The notes beneath the pieces are model-generated. The model made no database searches and was not told the origin of the DNA. It saw only the letters and a list, made by a program, of their open reading frames with translations. A program made the translations under genes and the position numbers. DNA of 64,000 bases from Selaginella moellendorffii (lineage: Eukaryota; Plantae; Lycopodiophyta). Shown here piece after piece: positions 1-12,912 of the stretch (within the stretch, counting starts at the first letter, position 1; every line of letters starts with the position of its first letter). The DNA lies in NCBI RefSeq assembly GCF_000143415.4, contig NW_003314344.1:442336-506335 (forward strand), written 5' to 3'.

Positions 1-14
1 CAATGTGTTGTCTT

Positions 15-610
15 AGAAGTCGTGTTTGAGTTAAGGTTTTAAAGGACGGCATCTCAGGTTTAATGCCCTGTGTATGGTTAGCAGCAACATTGGTTTGGTA
101 TTCTAATTTTACTTTAGATTTATTCTTTTTCTTTGAAGTTTGTGTTTTTAGTTAATAGAAGTGTGTATTTTTAGAGGTATCAACATTGTCCTTGTTTAAG
201 AATGTTGTTGATGTTTAAGTGGATAAACCAATCTAGAAGATCAAATTAAGCTAACACAATAACACATCATAGCATATCTAAAGTCTTAACTTTTAAATCA
301 ATGTCATTATCAATTACTCTTTATATCAAACATCACAAAACCTTTTTTTTTTTTTGTTCAATTCTATGTTTTTATTTGGGTGCTAAAACATAAAACATGT
401 AATATAATGGTAGAGTTATGCTACAGAAGAATAAAATAGCATTACACTATGAGAAAATAATGTTTATGAGCTTGAGTGGATTTTTCAGTTTAATAACTTT
501 GATAATGAGATAATGATTTCATCAAGATGTGTTATTCTTTTTTTTTTGCCCTATTATGTTTTATGTTTATATTTTTTGAATCATTTTCAAACCATTTACT
601 CTTTTATGTG
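15..610. repeat. Diverged duplicate of the P450 upstream region (partner copy ~3911-4920)
   Basis: Collinear blocks such as 'gaagtcg.gt.tgagt.aaggttt-aaaggacggcatc.caggtttaatgccc', 'ttttactttagatttattctttt' and 'cattacactatg.gaaaataatgtttatga.cttgagtg' occur at 15-610 and at 3911-4920. The second copy has extra insertions. Confidence 0.85.
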
Positions 611-2215
611 TGTTATACCAAGTGTCATAGTTTAAATCATACGCGGCAAGATCCAGAATATACTGAAGACTTAACAGAACAGTCTTCGAAGATGAGCACC
701 GTTGAGAAGATGAAATGATCTGGATCATTTTTTCTGTACGATAGAGAGCAGCAGCAAAGAAGCTTCAGCAAGTGCAGGACTAACAATTGCGTTTTTATTA
801 TTATGTTGTTTCAGTATGTTAAGTACAATAATTTCTTTCACTTCTACTCTATCATAAAAAATAGATATGTATTTTATTTCTTGAGAGCTCATTGAATTTT
901 CTTAACATGTTATTTCTATAGAGTGTTTTTTTCTTTTGTTTAGCGTTAATGTGCATTAATAGTAAACTTCTTAAAAGCTTTTGGAATATTCCAGGGAGGC
1001 CGAGCAATGTCCATTGCCAACAACTCTTGAGAACTCCAGAAGAAGCTTGGCCATGGCCCGTTCTAGATAAGGAAAACTTACAAGCACAGTTTATGTGAAG
1101 AACATTGTTTGGTCCTGCATTGATCCAAGATCCCAAGACCATGTAAATGCTGGAGGCGGGAAAGAGAACGCGTGTCCGCTTTACAAGCCAGTCCGATTCT
1201 TTCAAAGTTGGTCATCTTCTTTTTTCGTTTTTTCTTGTTTAATGGCGGCAGCTTCGGTTGCAGCAACAAAGGGGAGTTTTCTTGGCAGATCGATCAAGCA
1301 GCAGCAGTGGGAAGTTAATCACAGCCCCCACAAAAAAGTTAGTATATTTCTTCTGGCACAGGATAGAAAGGATGAAACTCCTCCCGGCGAGGGGAGTGCA
1401 TCGCTTCTGACTAGCATCAATCTTCCGCCTCAGAGCTGCGTACTACAAAAGTCAAGAAGGGAGATGAGAAATTCGCACGAGTTGGATGTTCTTTTTCAAA
1501 GACGTGGTACTTGCTCTCGGGACATTTTCTCGCCCGACTCTGTAGCCTGACGAGCCTCGTCAATCAAATCAGCGTCCCTCGCCGACCTTGCCTGAGAGAA
1601 ATCCAGCGTGTCGGCGGTGGCACCTACAAGGATTTCTTCAAAGAATCAATCGATGGTATTTACAAGTCTTTTGAGTGTTTTTTTCTCCTAGGCTGTTTTC
1701 TTTTTCGTCCTCATTTTTCTCAATGCCAAGATGTTGGGTGACCAATCAGTGAAGGGTGCGTACGTTGAAACTGGATGGGTGGACAGGCGATGCAAAGCTT
1801 GTGGCAAAGACACATCGAAAGAACCACTCTCCAAAGATAAACTCGGGAGGTACGCTCACGTAGGGAATCGAACTCTTCCACGAGTTTCTTTGGTCGCTCT
1901 TCGGGAGGTGATCACTTTCATGTAATATCTTTCTATTTCCACTTCCACCATTTCTAGAAAATCTCCAGCCTCCAAGATCAGTTGTGGAGGTAAGAGTTTA
2001 TACGGTTTGGAACTATTGTATAGATTACTCTTCTTCCACATGGTCCATGTGAATTGATACATTGTTATATTGATCAGTTGTATCATTGAAAGGCTAGAAA
2101 ACCAAATGGTTGAATTATGATAGTTCCTCGATCGTCACACACGAAATTATGATAGTTTTCCTGGAGAGGAAGCAAACTTTATGGAAGAAACAATAGCTGG
2201 TATGAGCTAATGTTT

Positions 2216-3783
2216 CTAGTAAACGTGAGAATCCAGCCTGGGGATTGGGATAGCTACAAGAGGTTGACTCTTTTGACAAACCAGTCCAAATGTTTGATCC
2301 ATGTTCAGCTTTGCCGGATCATCAAGATCTCCATCCAGCTTCCAGTCAAATCCTTGAACGAGCGTTGCAATACCCATCTGGACAGCATCAAATCCAAGCT
2401 TTGCACCGGGACAAACTCTCCTCCCTGTTCCAAACGGAAGTAAGTTGAAACTTTGGCCAAAGACATCGATGTCTGGCAAGTCGATAAAACGCTGCGGCCG
2501 AAACTCAAGAGGATCTTTCCAGAACCTCTCATCCAGACCGATCGAGTAGCTGCTGATGTAGATCACAGTCCCGTCCGGGAGGGTGTAGCCATCGAGCTCG
2601 ATTGGGCCTCCTTGGACGATCTTGGGAAGAGCTAGCGGAGCCACTGACCGGAGCCTCATTGTTTCCTTGGCTATGGCTTCGACGTATGGAAGTTTTGCGA
2701 TGTCCGACTCGTCCACAAGTTTTTCTTTGCCGACAACTGTATCAATCTGGCTCTGAGCTCTCGAGAATTCGACTGGATGCTGGAGAAGCTCAGCCATGGC
2801 CCATTCCAGTGAGAGAGCCGAAGTATCCACAGCACCCAGCAACATATCCTGTGGGATTCATCTAGCTTTAAAAGAAGAACAACTTTGACCAAGAGAAACT
2901 TACGAGCAAAAGTGTGATTTTGGTGGTGTCTGAGAGCTTCTCTCCCATGGAGATGAGCACGTCGATGAAAGACATGGGCTCCTCGCTGGTGAAAACCGGA
3001 GGATCCCCTCGCCGGTCTCGTAAGATCGACAAGAGGTGCCTGTTTACCCGGTCCATGAGCTGCTTGTATTTCTTCTCCAGGCCTTGGACGTCCAGCCAGC
3101 GAATTCCAGGGATGTAATCGCTCACATTGAAGATCCCGGCCAGCCTAACCATCTCCACGATCGCTTGCACGAACTCGTCGACATTCGCAGTGTTCTTGTA
3201 GTGTCCACAGAAGCGTTTCCCAAATAGCATGTAAGTTATAACGTTCATGTTCATGTCGTGGATCTTTTGCCGCAGGAGAACCGGATTCCCTCGCTCGTCT
3301 CTGAGAGATTGAGCGAGACGGCACTGCTCCTCGCGACGGATTCCATCGTAAATTTTGAGCTTGGTCGGGGAGAGCAAGTGAGTGTTGATGAGCTTCCTGT
3401 AGAGCTTCACTTCCGGAGTGTATTGGCTGAAAACTAGACCATTGTAGTCGTTGCCAAAGTATTTCCCGCAGATCAGTGGAGCTTTGGAGGCAAACTCGAG
3501 GCCATGGCGCTTGAAAATCTCTCTGGCAGCTCTCTCGGAGCTGATTATGACTGTGGACACGCTGCCGAGCTTCAAGTGCATCACATCGCCATATCTCTTG
3601 GAGAGTTTGTGGAGTGAAATGTGAGGGAGCGAGCCGAGCTTGTGGAGACAGCCAATGACTGGCAAGTTGAGTGGTCCTGGAGGGAGATTTCCTGGAGGAT
3701 TTCTTCTTCTAGTAGAAGAGAACCAGAGAGCTGCAGCAAGCAGCACTAAGGCACTCAAACTTGGGAGGGAGAGAAGATCCATG
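2216..3783 (-). CDS. Cytochrome P450, CYP71 clan (A-type), 2 exons (3783-2904, 2848-2216)
   Basis: N-terminal TM helix, PPGP hinge, I-helix GAVDTS, ETMR (ExxR), FRPQRF (PERF-like) and heme motif PFGTGRRVCPG. One GT-AG intron (2903-2849) at the typical A-type position. Confidence 0.95.
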
Positions 3784-5819
3784 AATGGAAGGAAAAACAC
3801 AACAGTGATAAGTCGTACACTAAATGGGAATGGGGATGAGGTCTTGCTTTCAAAACCCACTTGCTTGACTTTGTCTCATCCCAGTAACAATCTGGAGGCA
3901 GTGAGCCAATGAGAAGTCGCGTCTGAGTAAAGGTTTAAAGGACGGCATCGCAGGTTTAATGCCCAAGAGAATTCTGTGTATGGCTAGCAGTAAATGCCCA
4001 GTATATGCACAAATTCCCTCCATTGGAACAAAACTCAGTGAGTCTTCCATATTAATTGAGAAGGTTTGCCCTAATGAATAAATATTATTCCCATTTACAT
4101 TGGTGGAGGCTTTTTTGGTATTCTACTTTTACTTTAGATTTATTCTTTTGCTTTTTGTCAGATCACCCTTATCAATAAAGGTGTGCATTTTTAGAAGTAT
4201 CAATATTATCCATGTTTAGGAATATTGTTAGTGTACAATGAGGTGTGATTATGTTATCTCCTCTAGATTGGTTCATTCATAACTTTTAAATCAATGTTAC
4301 AATTAATCACTTTTTATATCAAACATCACCAAAGAAAAAGATTTTTTCCCTTATTCAATTCTATTGCCCAATTACCCAAAATAGACATATATAACATGGG
4401 CATGTAATACTGGTATTAGAAGCATCCAACTTGGCAGTGTCCAGGCCCTAATTCCTGGCCTAGGATCCTATGGGTCGACCTAGGAGGAAACTTGGTTATA
4501 CATGTGAAAAAAGAAAACTAAATCTTAGAGATAAAATAAATGGGTAGTTAAGGCAAACTAGGGTGAATTAAAAACTTTTAAAAATTACCACATATAATAT
4601 AGTAGTGGCCCTCAACTTGGGAATTTAATCATGAATTTGGGATTTAAATTGGGATCCCTCTATATGTAACATTAATCATTTTAAAATATAAAACATGTAA
4701 TAATGTTATAACAGAATAAAATAACATTACACTATGGGAAAATAATGTTTATGAACTTGAGTGAATTTTTTAATTCATTAACTTTGATGATGAGAAGAAA
4801 GATTTCATTAATATATATTTTATTCTTTTTTTGATTCTTTTTTTTAGTTAATTTTGCCTTTACTATGGTTTTATGTGTTTGATTCTTTCTTTGTCATTTT
4901 CAATTATTTACTGTGTTTCATAGATATATCATATTATATATGGGACTCATAAAAATGCGTAGATCAAAGTGTTTAAGAATTCTTTGACATTTATAATTTT
5001 TATTTTTTAAAATAATGTTAGCTATGTTGTTAAATGTCATGTATAACTATATAGCTTAAGGAAAGATTTTTTTTTTCTTTGTTGTTTCTAACTTTATCTC
5101 ACCAAAAACCATATTTTTCTTTAATATTTTTTGACATTTGGATAATTAAGTAATAGCATTTTATTTAACTATTTATTTTTGTTAAATGAGTTAGAGTTTT
5201 TCCACATTTGATTCTTTCATCTCACATTTTTAATTATTTTATAATTTAATTTTAATTAATTACATTTAGAAGTTTTTCTGAGTACAATGCTATATAAGAA
5301 AATAAAGAGGCATCAAACAAAATCAAATGCCACGATCTAGTTTCATTGACTAAGAAATTTTCACTGAATAGTCCTACAACAACTCAAACTTGTGCTGTAG
5401 CGGGACTCTTACGTTTTCACAAACTCACAAAATTGTATTTTCAAAATAAAACTAATTGTAAAATTTTGAAATTTCGTTAAACATAATTGATTTTTTATAA
5501 ATAATAATTTTTAAAATTTTAATACTATATAATTATTTTTTCTCAAGGAAAATAATGAACAATCTTTGTCTTACCATTTCTTAATTCTCGAGAACTTAAT
5601 TTAAATCAAAAGTTTCAATATTAAACAACATTATTTATGAAGTAACAATGAGTATAACTATTAAAAAATAACTCTTATTTAATAATTTAATAGATTAAAA
5701 AGCCGTTAAAAATTTATCACCTTGTAGACAAACAAGGGTTTAAGGGAAATTGTTGATTCTCTTTTCGTCGCCCTAGCTGGGCTAGCACGGAAAACTTTTT
5801 AGGGTTTAGGTGCGAGAGA

Positions 5820-6205
5820 ATGCGGAGGATCATCGGCATTGTGGTGTCTAACAAGATGCAAAAATCGGTGGTGGTGGCGGTGGATCGATTCACGCAGCAC
5901 CCACTGTACAAGAAATACGTCAAGAAGACGACCAGGCTCATGGCACACGACGAGGCCAACGCTTGCAACATCGGCGACCGGGTGCGTGCTCCCCTATTCT
6001 CTCTTGCTCGACGATTCTTCCTTTCTTCCAGGTGAGGCTCAACCCCTCGAGGCCGCTGAGCAAGAGAAAAGCGTGGGTTGTGGCGGAGATCTTGCAGCGA
6101 GCAAAGATTTACGAGATGGGAGTTGCCCTGCCGCAGGTTTTGAGCGACGACGAAGACGACGTCCTTGATGCTCTTGGCAACCTCAAAGTGAGCACGGCTG
6201 CCTGA
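5820..6205 (+). CDS. RPS17: Ribosomal protein uS17, bacterial/mitochondrial type; intron 5982-6031
   Basis: [44 protein letters not shown]|[13 protein letters not shown] is the S17 signature. Confidence 0.92.
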
Positions 6206-6255
6206 AAGCATTTGGTTTTGTTACCTCCAAATATCAAAAGTTGAGAAGAACTGGC

Positions 6256-7962
6256 TCAAGAGCTCTTCTCCAATATCTCATTCCTGTCCGCGACCACTGG
6301 CGATGGAGCAACCATCTCCATTTCCACCTTGAGCTCCGTGTCAAACGGTGCCTTGCTGGCCTGCTCTCGACCCAGCGGAGACGGCTTCGGCGAAGACGAT
6401 GGCGATGGCGATGACGACGAAAACGACGAGCCTTCCCGATTCCTTCTCGGTTCCTTGACGTAAAACTTGTCATCGCGGACGTCGTAGCGAGCTGCCGTTC
6501 GGACCTCTTGACACAGCGAGCACAGACTACAGAACATCCACAGTGCACAGTCTGTCATATTCGGCTGCCCGCAGCACCACCTCTGACCAGGAAGCCCGAA
6601 AGTTGTCCGCATCTTGATCCTCCAGAAACCACCATACATGAGCCCGAAGACGCACAGCACTATCCCTGCGAATCCCAGCCCCTGCCTCACGTACCTGTTG
6701 TCGATGTTGCCCGCTGCCAGAAGGAAGATCCAGTATGGAGCCGAGCATATGAGCAAGAACGTCGCAATGTGGACGAACCGGTTGCCGAAACCCAGCCTAT
6801 CCATGTTCCACCCGAAGACGCAGAATCCACACAGCGTAGACATGAGCGCCACCTCCCGGTCCATGCAGCAATCTAAAACACCACCTTGCCACTCGGGCCG
6901 CTCCACCAGCTTGCCATCTCTCGAAGCGAAAGACTTCCTACGTTCCAAAAGGCTGTAGAACCGACCACCTGTGCGACTCGGAGCTTGGAGCTTGGGTCTA
7001 GCATCGGCTTCTAGATCCTCATGGAGGTGTAGCTGGCCGGCCTCTTCGTCCTGGACGTAGTCTCTTCCCAGCGGGCTCAAAGTGTTGTAGATCCCAGCCG
7101 CGGCAGCGCAGCCGATTGCTGCTGCCAGGCACACCGCCACTCCGATCGCTGGCCTCTCCGATCTCCTGTACCCCCAGTTGAGTCCACACAGCGCGTACTG
7201 TGAGAAGCAATTGAGATGGAGGAGGATCACCACGACGAGCATATGACCCCATTCGTGTGGTTTCCTCAGACCGTCTTTGCAATAGATCTTCCGGAGCGCG
7301 AGGACGTCGGACCTGTTCCAGCGGTGGAGCTGATAGAGATGGAGGAAGCGCTGGGGATGAAGGTAGAGACACATGAGCGTGAAGAGAGCGTTGAGTATCT
7401 GGTTGTTCACTTCGTAGTAGGCGTCCCTGGAGCTCTTCTTGGGAATGGCATGGTTGAGCATGCCCGTCATGACCATGAAGAGAATAGCCCCCGAGACCGC
7501 CACCGCCAGGATCCACACCAGGAGAGCTAAGTTCTTGGGATTTTTCAGCCACTCCATAGCGTAGTTCTTCATGATCTTCCAGCGAATTTCGCCCACCCCT
7601 GGAAGGTTGACGCCCTCTCTCAGCCGGATCCCGTGACTGCTGCTCGCGGGCTCCTCCACGTCGGGGGTGTTGATCGAAACGAGCTCTCGGGCTATGGCGA
7701 TCCTGCGGAAGGTCTTGGTCGGGGATAATACTGGCTGGGCTTGCGATGCCAACGAGGAGTAGCCCAGAGTGAGGCGCTGGAAGAACGCTAGATTGGAAAT
7801 CTGCCATCGCTCGCTCGCCTCCTGCTGCTGCTGCTGCCGCGCTTCATCCTCGAGCGTCTTGCCAAGATCACTACTCACCTCTTTGCCGTTTTGCAGCAGC
7901 GATCTCTGCGACGACGAGGACAGCGATCCAACCAGATGTAGAGCGTCAGGGGCCTGCGCCAT
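6256..7962 (-). CDS. PLAC8-family membrane protein with DUF2985 (intronless)
   Basis: 568-aa ORF with TM segments, NNQILNALFTLMCLY.HP, WQGGVLDCC, CGFCVFGWNMDRLGFG and CSLCQEVRT. Confidence 0.9.
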   Translation of the reverse strand: MAQAPDALHLVGSLSSSSQRSLLQNGKEVSSDLGKTLEDEARQQQQQEASERWQISNLAFFQRLTLGYSSLASQAQPVLSPTKTFRRIAIARELVSINTPDVEEPASSSHGIRLREGVNLPGVGEIRWKIMKNYAMEWLKNPKNLALLVWILAVAVSGAILFMVMTGMLNHAIPKKSSRDAYYEVNNQILNALFTLMCLYLHPQRFLHLYQLHRWNRSDVLALRKIYCKDGLRKPHEWGHMLVVVILLHLNCFSQYALCGLNWGYRRSERPAIGVAVCLAAAIGCAAAAGIYNTLSPLGRDYVQDEEAGQLHLHEDLEADARPKLQAPSRTGGRFYSLLERRKSFASRDGKLVERPEWQGGVLDCCMDREVALMSTLCGFCVFGWNMDRLGFGNRFVHIATFLLICSAPYWIFLLAAGNIDNRYVRQGLGFAGIVLCVFGLMYGGFWRIKMRTTFGLPGQRWCCGQPNMTDCALWMFCSLCSLCQEVRTAARYDVRDDKFYVKEPRRNREGSSFSSSSPSPSSSPKPSPLGREQASKAPFDTELKVEMEMVAPSPVVADRNEILEKSS

Positions 7963-8349
7963 CCGAGAATCTAGGCGCTATCAAAAAACCCTAGGAGAGC
8001 TCATCGTGCTGAAAAACTCCACCACCGACTGCTACCTACATTTCCAGTTCTAGCTCGAAAAGATTCTCTGCATATTCCTTGGAGGTCAAAGGCTCGATTC
8101 CAATTTGCTAGGAACGAATATCCTCTCGAATCTACTTTTCCACAGCGCGTTGACTTTGACTTGTCTCGTCGAGTGGGTAGTAGTAGTGTCGCGGTGGAAC
8201 ACAGTTCTTGGCTCTAGGGTTTCTTGGAAGCTCTCTTCTTTCCTTGTTCTTCTTCCTCTTTTTCCTCAAAGATTCAGGGCTGCGATCGATCGCATTGGAA
8301 TCCAGCGAATTTGCGCAAGTAAGTAGTATCGATCGATCGTCTCAAGTCT

Positions 8350-10526
8350 ATGGTTATGGCTGGAGCGGAGGCCAAGGCCGTCGCCGCAATTCGAGCGCTT
8401 GGCCGCGGATTTGACGTGACTTTGGATCTCCAAGTGGAGTACGCCAAGGGCTGCCTGATCGACGTGGATCAAGAGACCCGCGAGCTCATTGTTCCTGGGA
8501 ATGTGGTTGTGGAGAATGTTTCCAAGGACATCAAAGTGGACAAGGGAGAAAATACGCGATTCCGGAGCGACGTTTTGGATTTTCACCAGGTTTGTAGCTC
8601 TTGCGAACTTCATCTAGTTCCTTTCTAAGTCATGTAAAAAAAACTTTTTTTTTCTTTGCAGATGTCCGAGAGGTTTAATCACAACGTTGGAATCGCAGGG
8701 AAAATGCCGCTGGGATTATTCACTGCCATGTTTGATCTCAAAGGTCCGTGGCAAGTTGATGCATTGTCCACAAAAAGTCTAGCAATCGATGGCTACTACG
8801 CTATCCTTTACGAAGTGAAAGTCACGAAAGCGCCCTTGAGGCTCATTCAGGAAGTCAAAGACGCTGTCTCATCGACTTGGCAGCCTTTAGAACTCACCAG
8901 GTATTATCTCTTCGTTTTTACTCTCTTTGCATCTCTGTTGTGAGCTCCTTACACCTTCATTATCTGCAGGTTTATCGAGAAATATGGAACTCACGTAATC
9001 ACGGGCGTAAAAGTTGGAGGCAAGGACGTGATTTATCTCCGACAGAACCAATCCTCGACACTCAATGCGGCCGACATTCAACGATATCTAGAGTCAATTT
9101 CCGAACAAAGATTTGCGGATGGTGGTGGAAGGAGTAACAGACGGTTCAAAGTTTTCAAGAAGGGAGCAAAGAAGAAGGTAACTACATGTTTTTCTAGAAG
9201 CCTCTCGTCCTTGAAAGGTCATATCCTATGCTTTTTTCTTTCTTTGTCTAGGTTGCAGACCCATTTGCGATGATAGACCGCTCGAAAGTGATAAACAACT
9301 ATAGCTCCATTTCAATCTCGAACGACGTGAGCATCTGACTATTTGTTCTTTAGTGATTATTCTAACGTTTTCGTGCATATGCTCAGAATGTGGAGGTGAA
9401 GTTCAAGCGAAGAGGCGGACTAGATTCCATAAGGGACCACAACCCATGGTTACTCTCGGTTCCTGACGCCCCGGAAGTTGTATCCATGTCGTTTGTCCCA
9501 ATAACTTCTTTGCTGGCTGGTGTTCCCGGAACAGGGTTCTTGACTCATGCCATCAATCTCTATCTCCGCTGTAAGTTTTGTCCAGTTTCATCAACTTATC
9601 TTGCTTGTCTTTCCTTGGTTTTGCAGACAAGCCTCCGATTGACGAGTTGCTATATTTTCTAGAATTCCAGGTACCCCGTCAATGGTCTCCAAGTTTAGAT
9701 CCTTCTACGAGTCAAACGAGCAGCGCAAAGCTACCAGCGCTGCAATTCTCTCCCATGGGGCCTAAGCTACATGTAGCTACGGACGAGGTACGTCTCTCGG
9801 CTGGTCACCGTCTTGCAAACGCATTGTTTTTTGCAGGTAACTGTTTCCAAACGACCCGTGACTGGCTTGCGCTTGTATATCCAGGGGAAAAGTCTCAACA
9901 GACTATCAGTTCACTTGCAGTATCTCTCCAATCTTCCGAAAATTCTTGAGCAGCACTGGGGTACAAGCACGTACAGCGACGCACCGCGCTGGAAAAGGTC
10001 AGAGGAACATCCACGGTGGTTGGAACACGTCCAGTGGAAGAGCTTCTCTCACGTCAACACCGCGCCAGTCGAGTACGTTGAGCCATGCATTGGTGACGAG
10101 GCCAGTGCTTTCATAGTAACCGGCGCTCAACTCCAGGTCTCGGACTCAAGAACAAGGCCCGTGCTTTTCCTCAGGCTCCAGTTTACGAGAGTTCCTGGAT
10201 GCAGTATAAGGCGGTCAGTGTGGGATCACATGCCAGCGTCGTCTCAAAAGTCATCCAGCACCGGCTTCTTCTCCCAGTTTGGATTCAGCTCCAGCGTCAA
10301 CCCACAAAATGCGCAACCCCAGCGCTTTGTTCAAAACTCGGCAGTGTTTTCCGGGGGTCCATCGCAGTCTGTGCACGGTTCCAGGTTATTAAAGTTCGTG
10401 GACATAAACGAGATGTCCAAAGGGATCCAGGATGAGCCAGGACATTGGATTGTGACCGGAGCGAAGCTGGACGTGGAAAACGGAAAGATCTGCTTGAAAG
10501 TCAAGTACTCGCTGCTGAGGTACTAG
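8350..10526 (+). CDS. MACPF-domain protein (CAD1/NSL1-like), multi-exon
   Basis: ALGRGFDVTLDL, KVDKGENTRFRSDVLDFHQMSE.FN, FIEKYGTHVITGVKVGGKD, PPIDEL.YFLEFQ.PRQW, and C-terminal PGHWIVTGAKL..KVKYSLL.Y. GT-AG introns join the ORF pieces. Confidence 0.93.
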
Positions 10527-12912
10527 AAGCTTCAGGTGGTTTTTGGCTCGTTTGCTCGGTGGTGGACAGATATATTTTTATCTCGGGGGACTCTGCCAAC
10601 AACGTTCGTATATAGCTGGGAGTGTTGACTGCACGAAAACCGATCCGGTCAGCCTGGAAAGAAGGCAAGAAAGTTTGCAAGATGGCGAAGAGGATCAGAG
10701 TTTTTGCACTAGCTGTGAATCTGGCGATTTTTCTATGGCAAAGAAGCTTTTTGCCCGGTTAAGTGACGGGTACTACTTCGGGACAGGATGATTGGGCGTG
10801 CACGCGGATGCGGTGCTTTTTTTCCTTTCGGTACGTTCGCAAAAGGCAAAGGACGCGGGCGAAAGCTTAAGAAAGAATTGGTGGAGATGAGGCAATGAGT
10901 GGCATCATTTGGATCTAGCATCAAAACAGGATGGGGAAGCTGCTCCTGGTCGGGTCGTGGAGTGAGTGATACTCTGATTCACTCAAGCTCAAAGCTATTT
11001 AGTGAACAGGAAACAACAACACAGGTGGAGGATCGACTATCATGCTACTACAACAGAGAAATTCTGGAAGCTCGGCTCGAGGAAAGCTTTTTTTTTACTA
11101 CTACTTGTTTTCTTTCTTTTCCTATCATCTTCGAGCAGCTGGGAACCAACGTGAGTTGTTCCGCATCCCAGCAGGACAAGGTTCCTATGCGGAGAAACGT
11201 CTAATCAGGTGATTAGTTCTTCCGCCTCTCTCTTTCCTCGAAGAGGCTAATGGTTTGTTTCTTTTCCTTTTCGCAGCACTCGATAGAGAAACAGTAAACG
11301 TCACAGGTGGTTTATACAGCTGCTAAGCAATTGTTTAATCACGATGCTTTGAAAGTGTGGGGCAGAATGATCGACCACGATGAAGAATAATGTATTGAAA
11401 GCCCTGGGAGCAGCAGCAGTGTGAGCAGCAACAGCGCAGCAAGCAGCAGGCAAATCTGTGAGTGAGCGCTCCATATTTTTCCTTTCCACGTTTCTCAAGC
11501 TATTTAATCTCTTAGTCGTCGTTCTTGCGGTTCCAGAGGATCAAAGAGGAAGAACACACAAGAAAGATAAAAGCGAGAGTACCGAGCGCCAGCTGCGTAA
11601 CAGAGAGGATCACACACTCTCTCTATTGGAGAGCATTCAATCTGGGCCGTTAAAAACGGATGTGCGAAACCGACGGCGGTGCGCCACGCGAGACAGTGTC
11701 CGTCGGATGTGAGCTGGAAGGGCCTCGGCTTATGGGGTGTCGCCACGTCATGCGGCCATGGGGCCATGCACGGCACTATGCCCATGCGCCGCCGCCACGC
11801 ATTAAATGAGGATAGCCCGCAGGAATCGAACCGGACGAAGTAAACGGGGATTAGGGTTAGGGTTTTAAGAAAGCTCTTTGTTTGCATTAGCGTGGAGGAG
11901 GAGGAAGGAGGTTTGGCTGCTGGTCTTTGGCGTGATCCAGGCGGCCAGGACGCGATCCCACGTCGTCGGCAGCTCCTACATTCTACGATCGCGCGCTGTC
12001 TGGTCGGTTTCTCCTTCCTTTTCAGCTGAAATTTTCTCGTTTTCTTGCCGCTTGTGGTTTGCCTGCGTTGCTCGGTGCTTTTGTGTGCGTGAAGAAATTC
12101 TTTATCATTTGTTGGGTCATGGAGGAGCAACAAACAGTGGCGATCGTACCCTGTGCTGTGTAAAATATGGTTTTTTTCTCGCTCTTCTACCCTGGAGGTT
12201 TGCTACTTAGGCCTAGTTGTGAACAGCAGGGTGTGTGTGTGAGGATTTGTGAAGACGAAGAGAGTGGTTTTTTTTCTTTTTTTGCTTTGTGTTTTGTTTG
12301 GTGCTTCGTTCAACACAAAGAGGACGGACTGGCCACGTCGTCCCCGATTGCTTGCTTGTCTCAGCATTGATCGCATCCAATTCTTCTCGGTCTAAGTTCT
12401 TACGAGGCTCTTTCCCTTCCAGCTTCATTCTCGCTGTCGGTCGGCAAACGCAGTAGCAGCGCACCGGGCTTTGCTCCCTACGGTCTTCCCTTTTGTTTTT
12501 TCGGGCGCCGGAGCGCTGCTGCGGTGGTGTGCTGTGAGAGCTTGTTTGCGGCCAAGACAAGCCTGTTGCTAGGCGCTTCTCCGGCTCCGGTTGGTTGGTC
12601 TTTTCGAGGACAGGCGGGATGTGTGGGAGGGCGGATAAGAACACGGGGCGTAGAGTGTGGCGGCTACTGTTGGTATCGTGCTCCTCCAGCGCCGCCTCTG
12701 CATATATCACTAGCTTCCCGAGAGCATGATCGTCGGCGACAGCTCCTGGGGATAGTTTTGGGACAGGATAGCAGGAAAGCAGGAAGAAAAGAGGGATTTT
12801 TTCGGCTCGCAATCGCTCGCCAGAGCAGCCAAGGTACTCGGGCCTAATTCTTTAGCTTGGTCGATCGGCAGCCAGCAGCCGCAGCAGCAGCAAAAGCATC
12901 AGAGAAGCAGGG

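Noticed and set aside
850-2100. Several 60-150 aa ORFs downstream of the P450
   Set aside because: No recognisable homology or consistent exon chain.
10540-11720. Short ORFs and CAG-rich stretches between MACPF and TPS
   Set aside because: Consistent with UTR or promoter sequence; no RNA-gene boxes or domains recognised.
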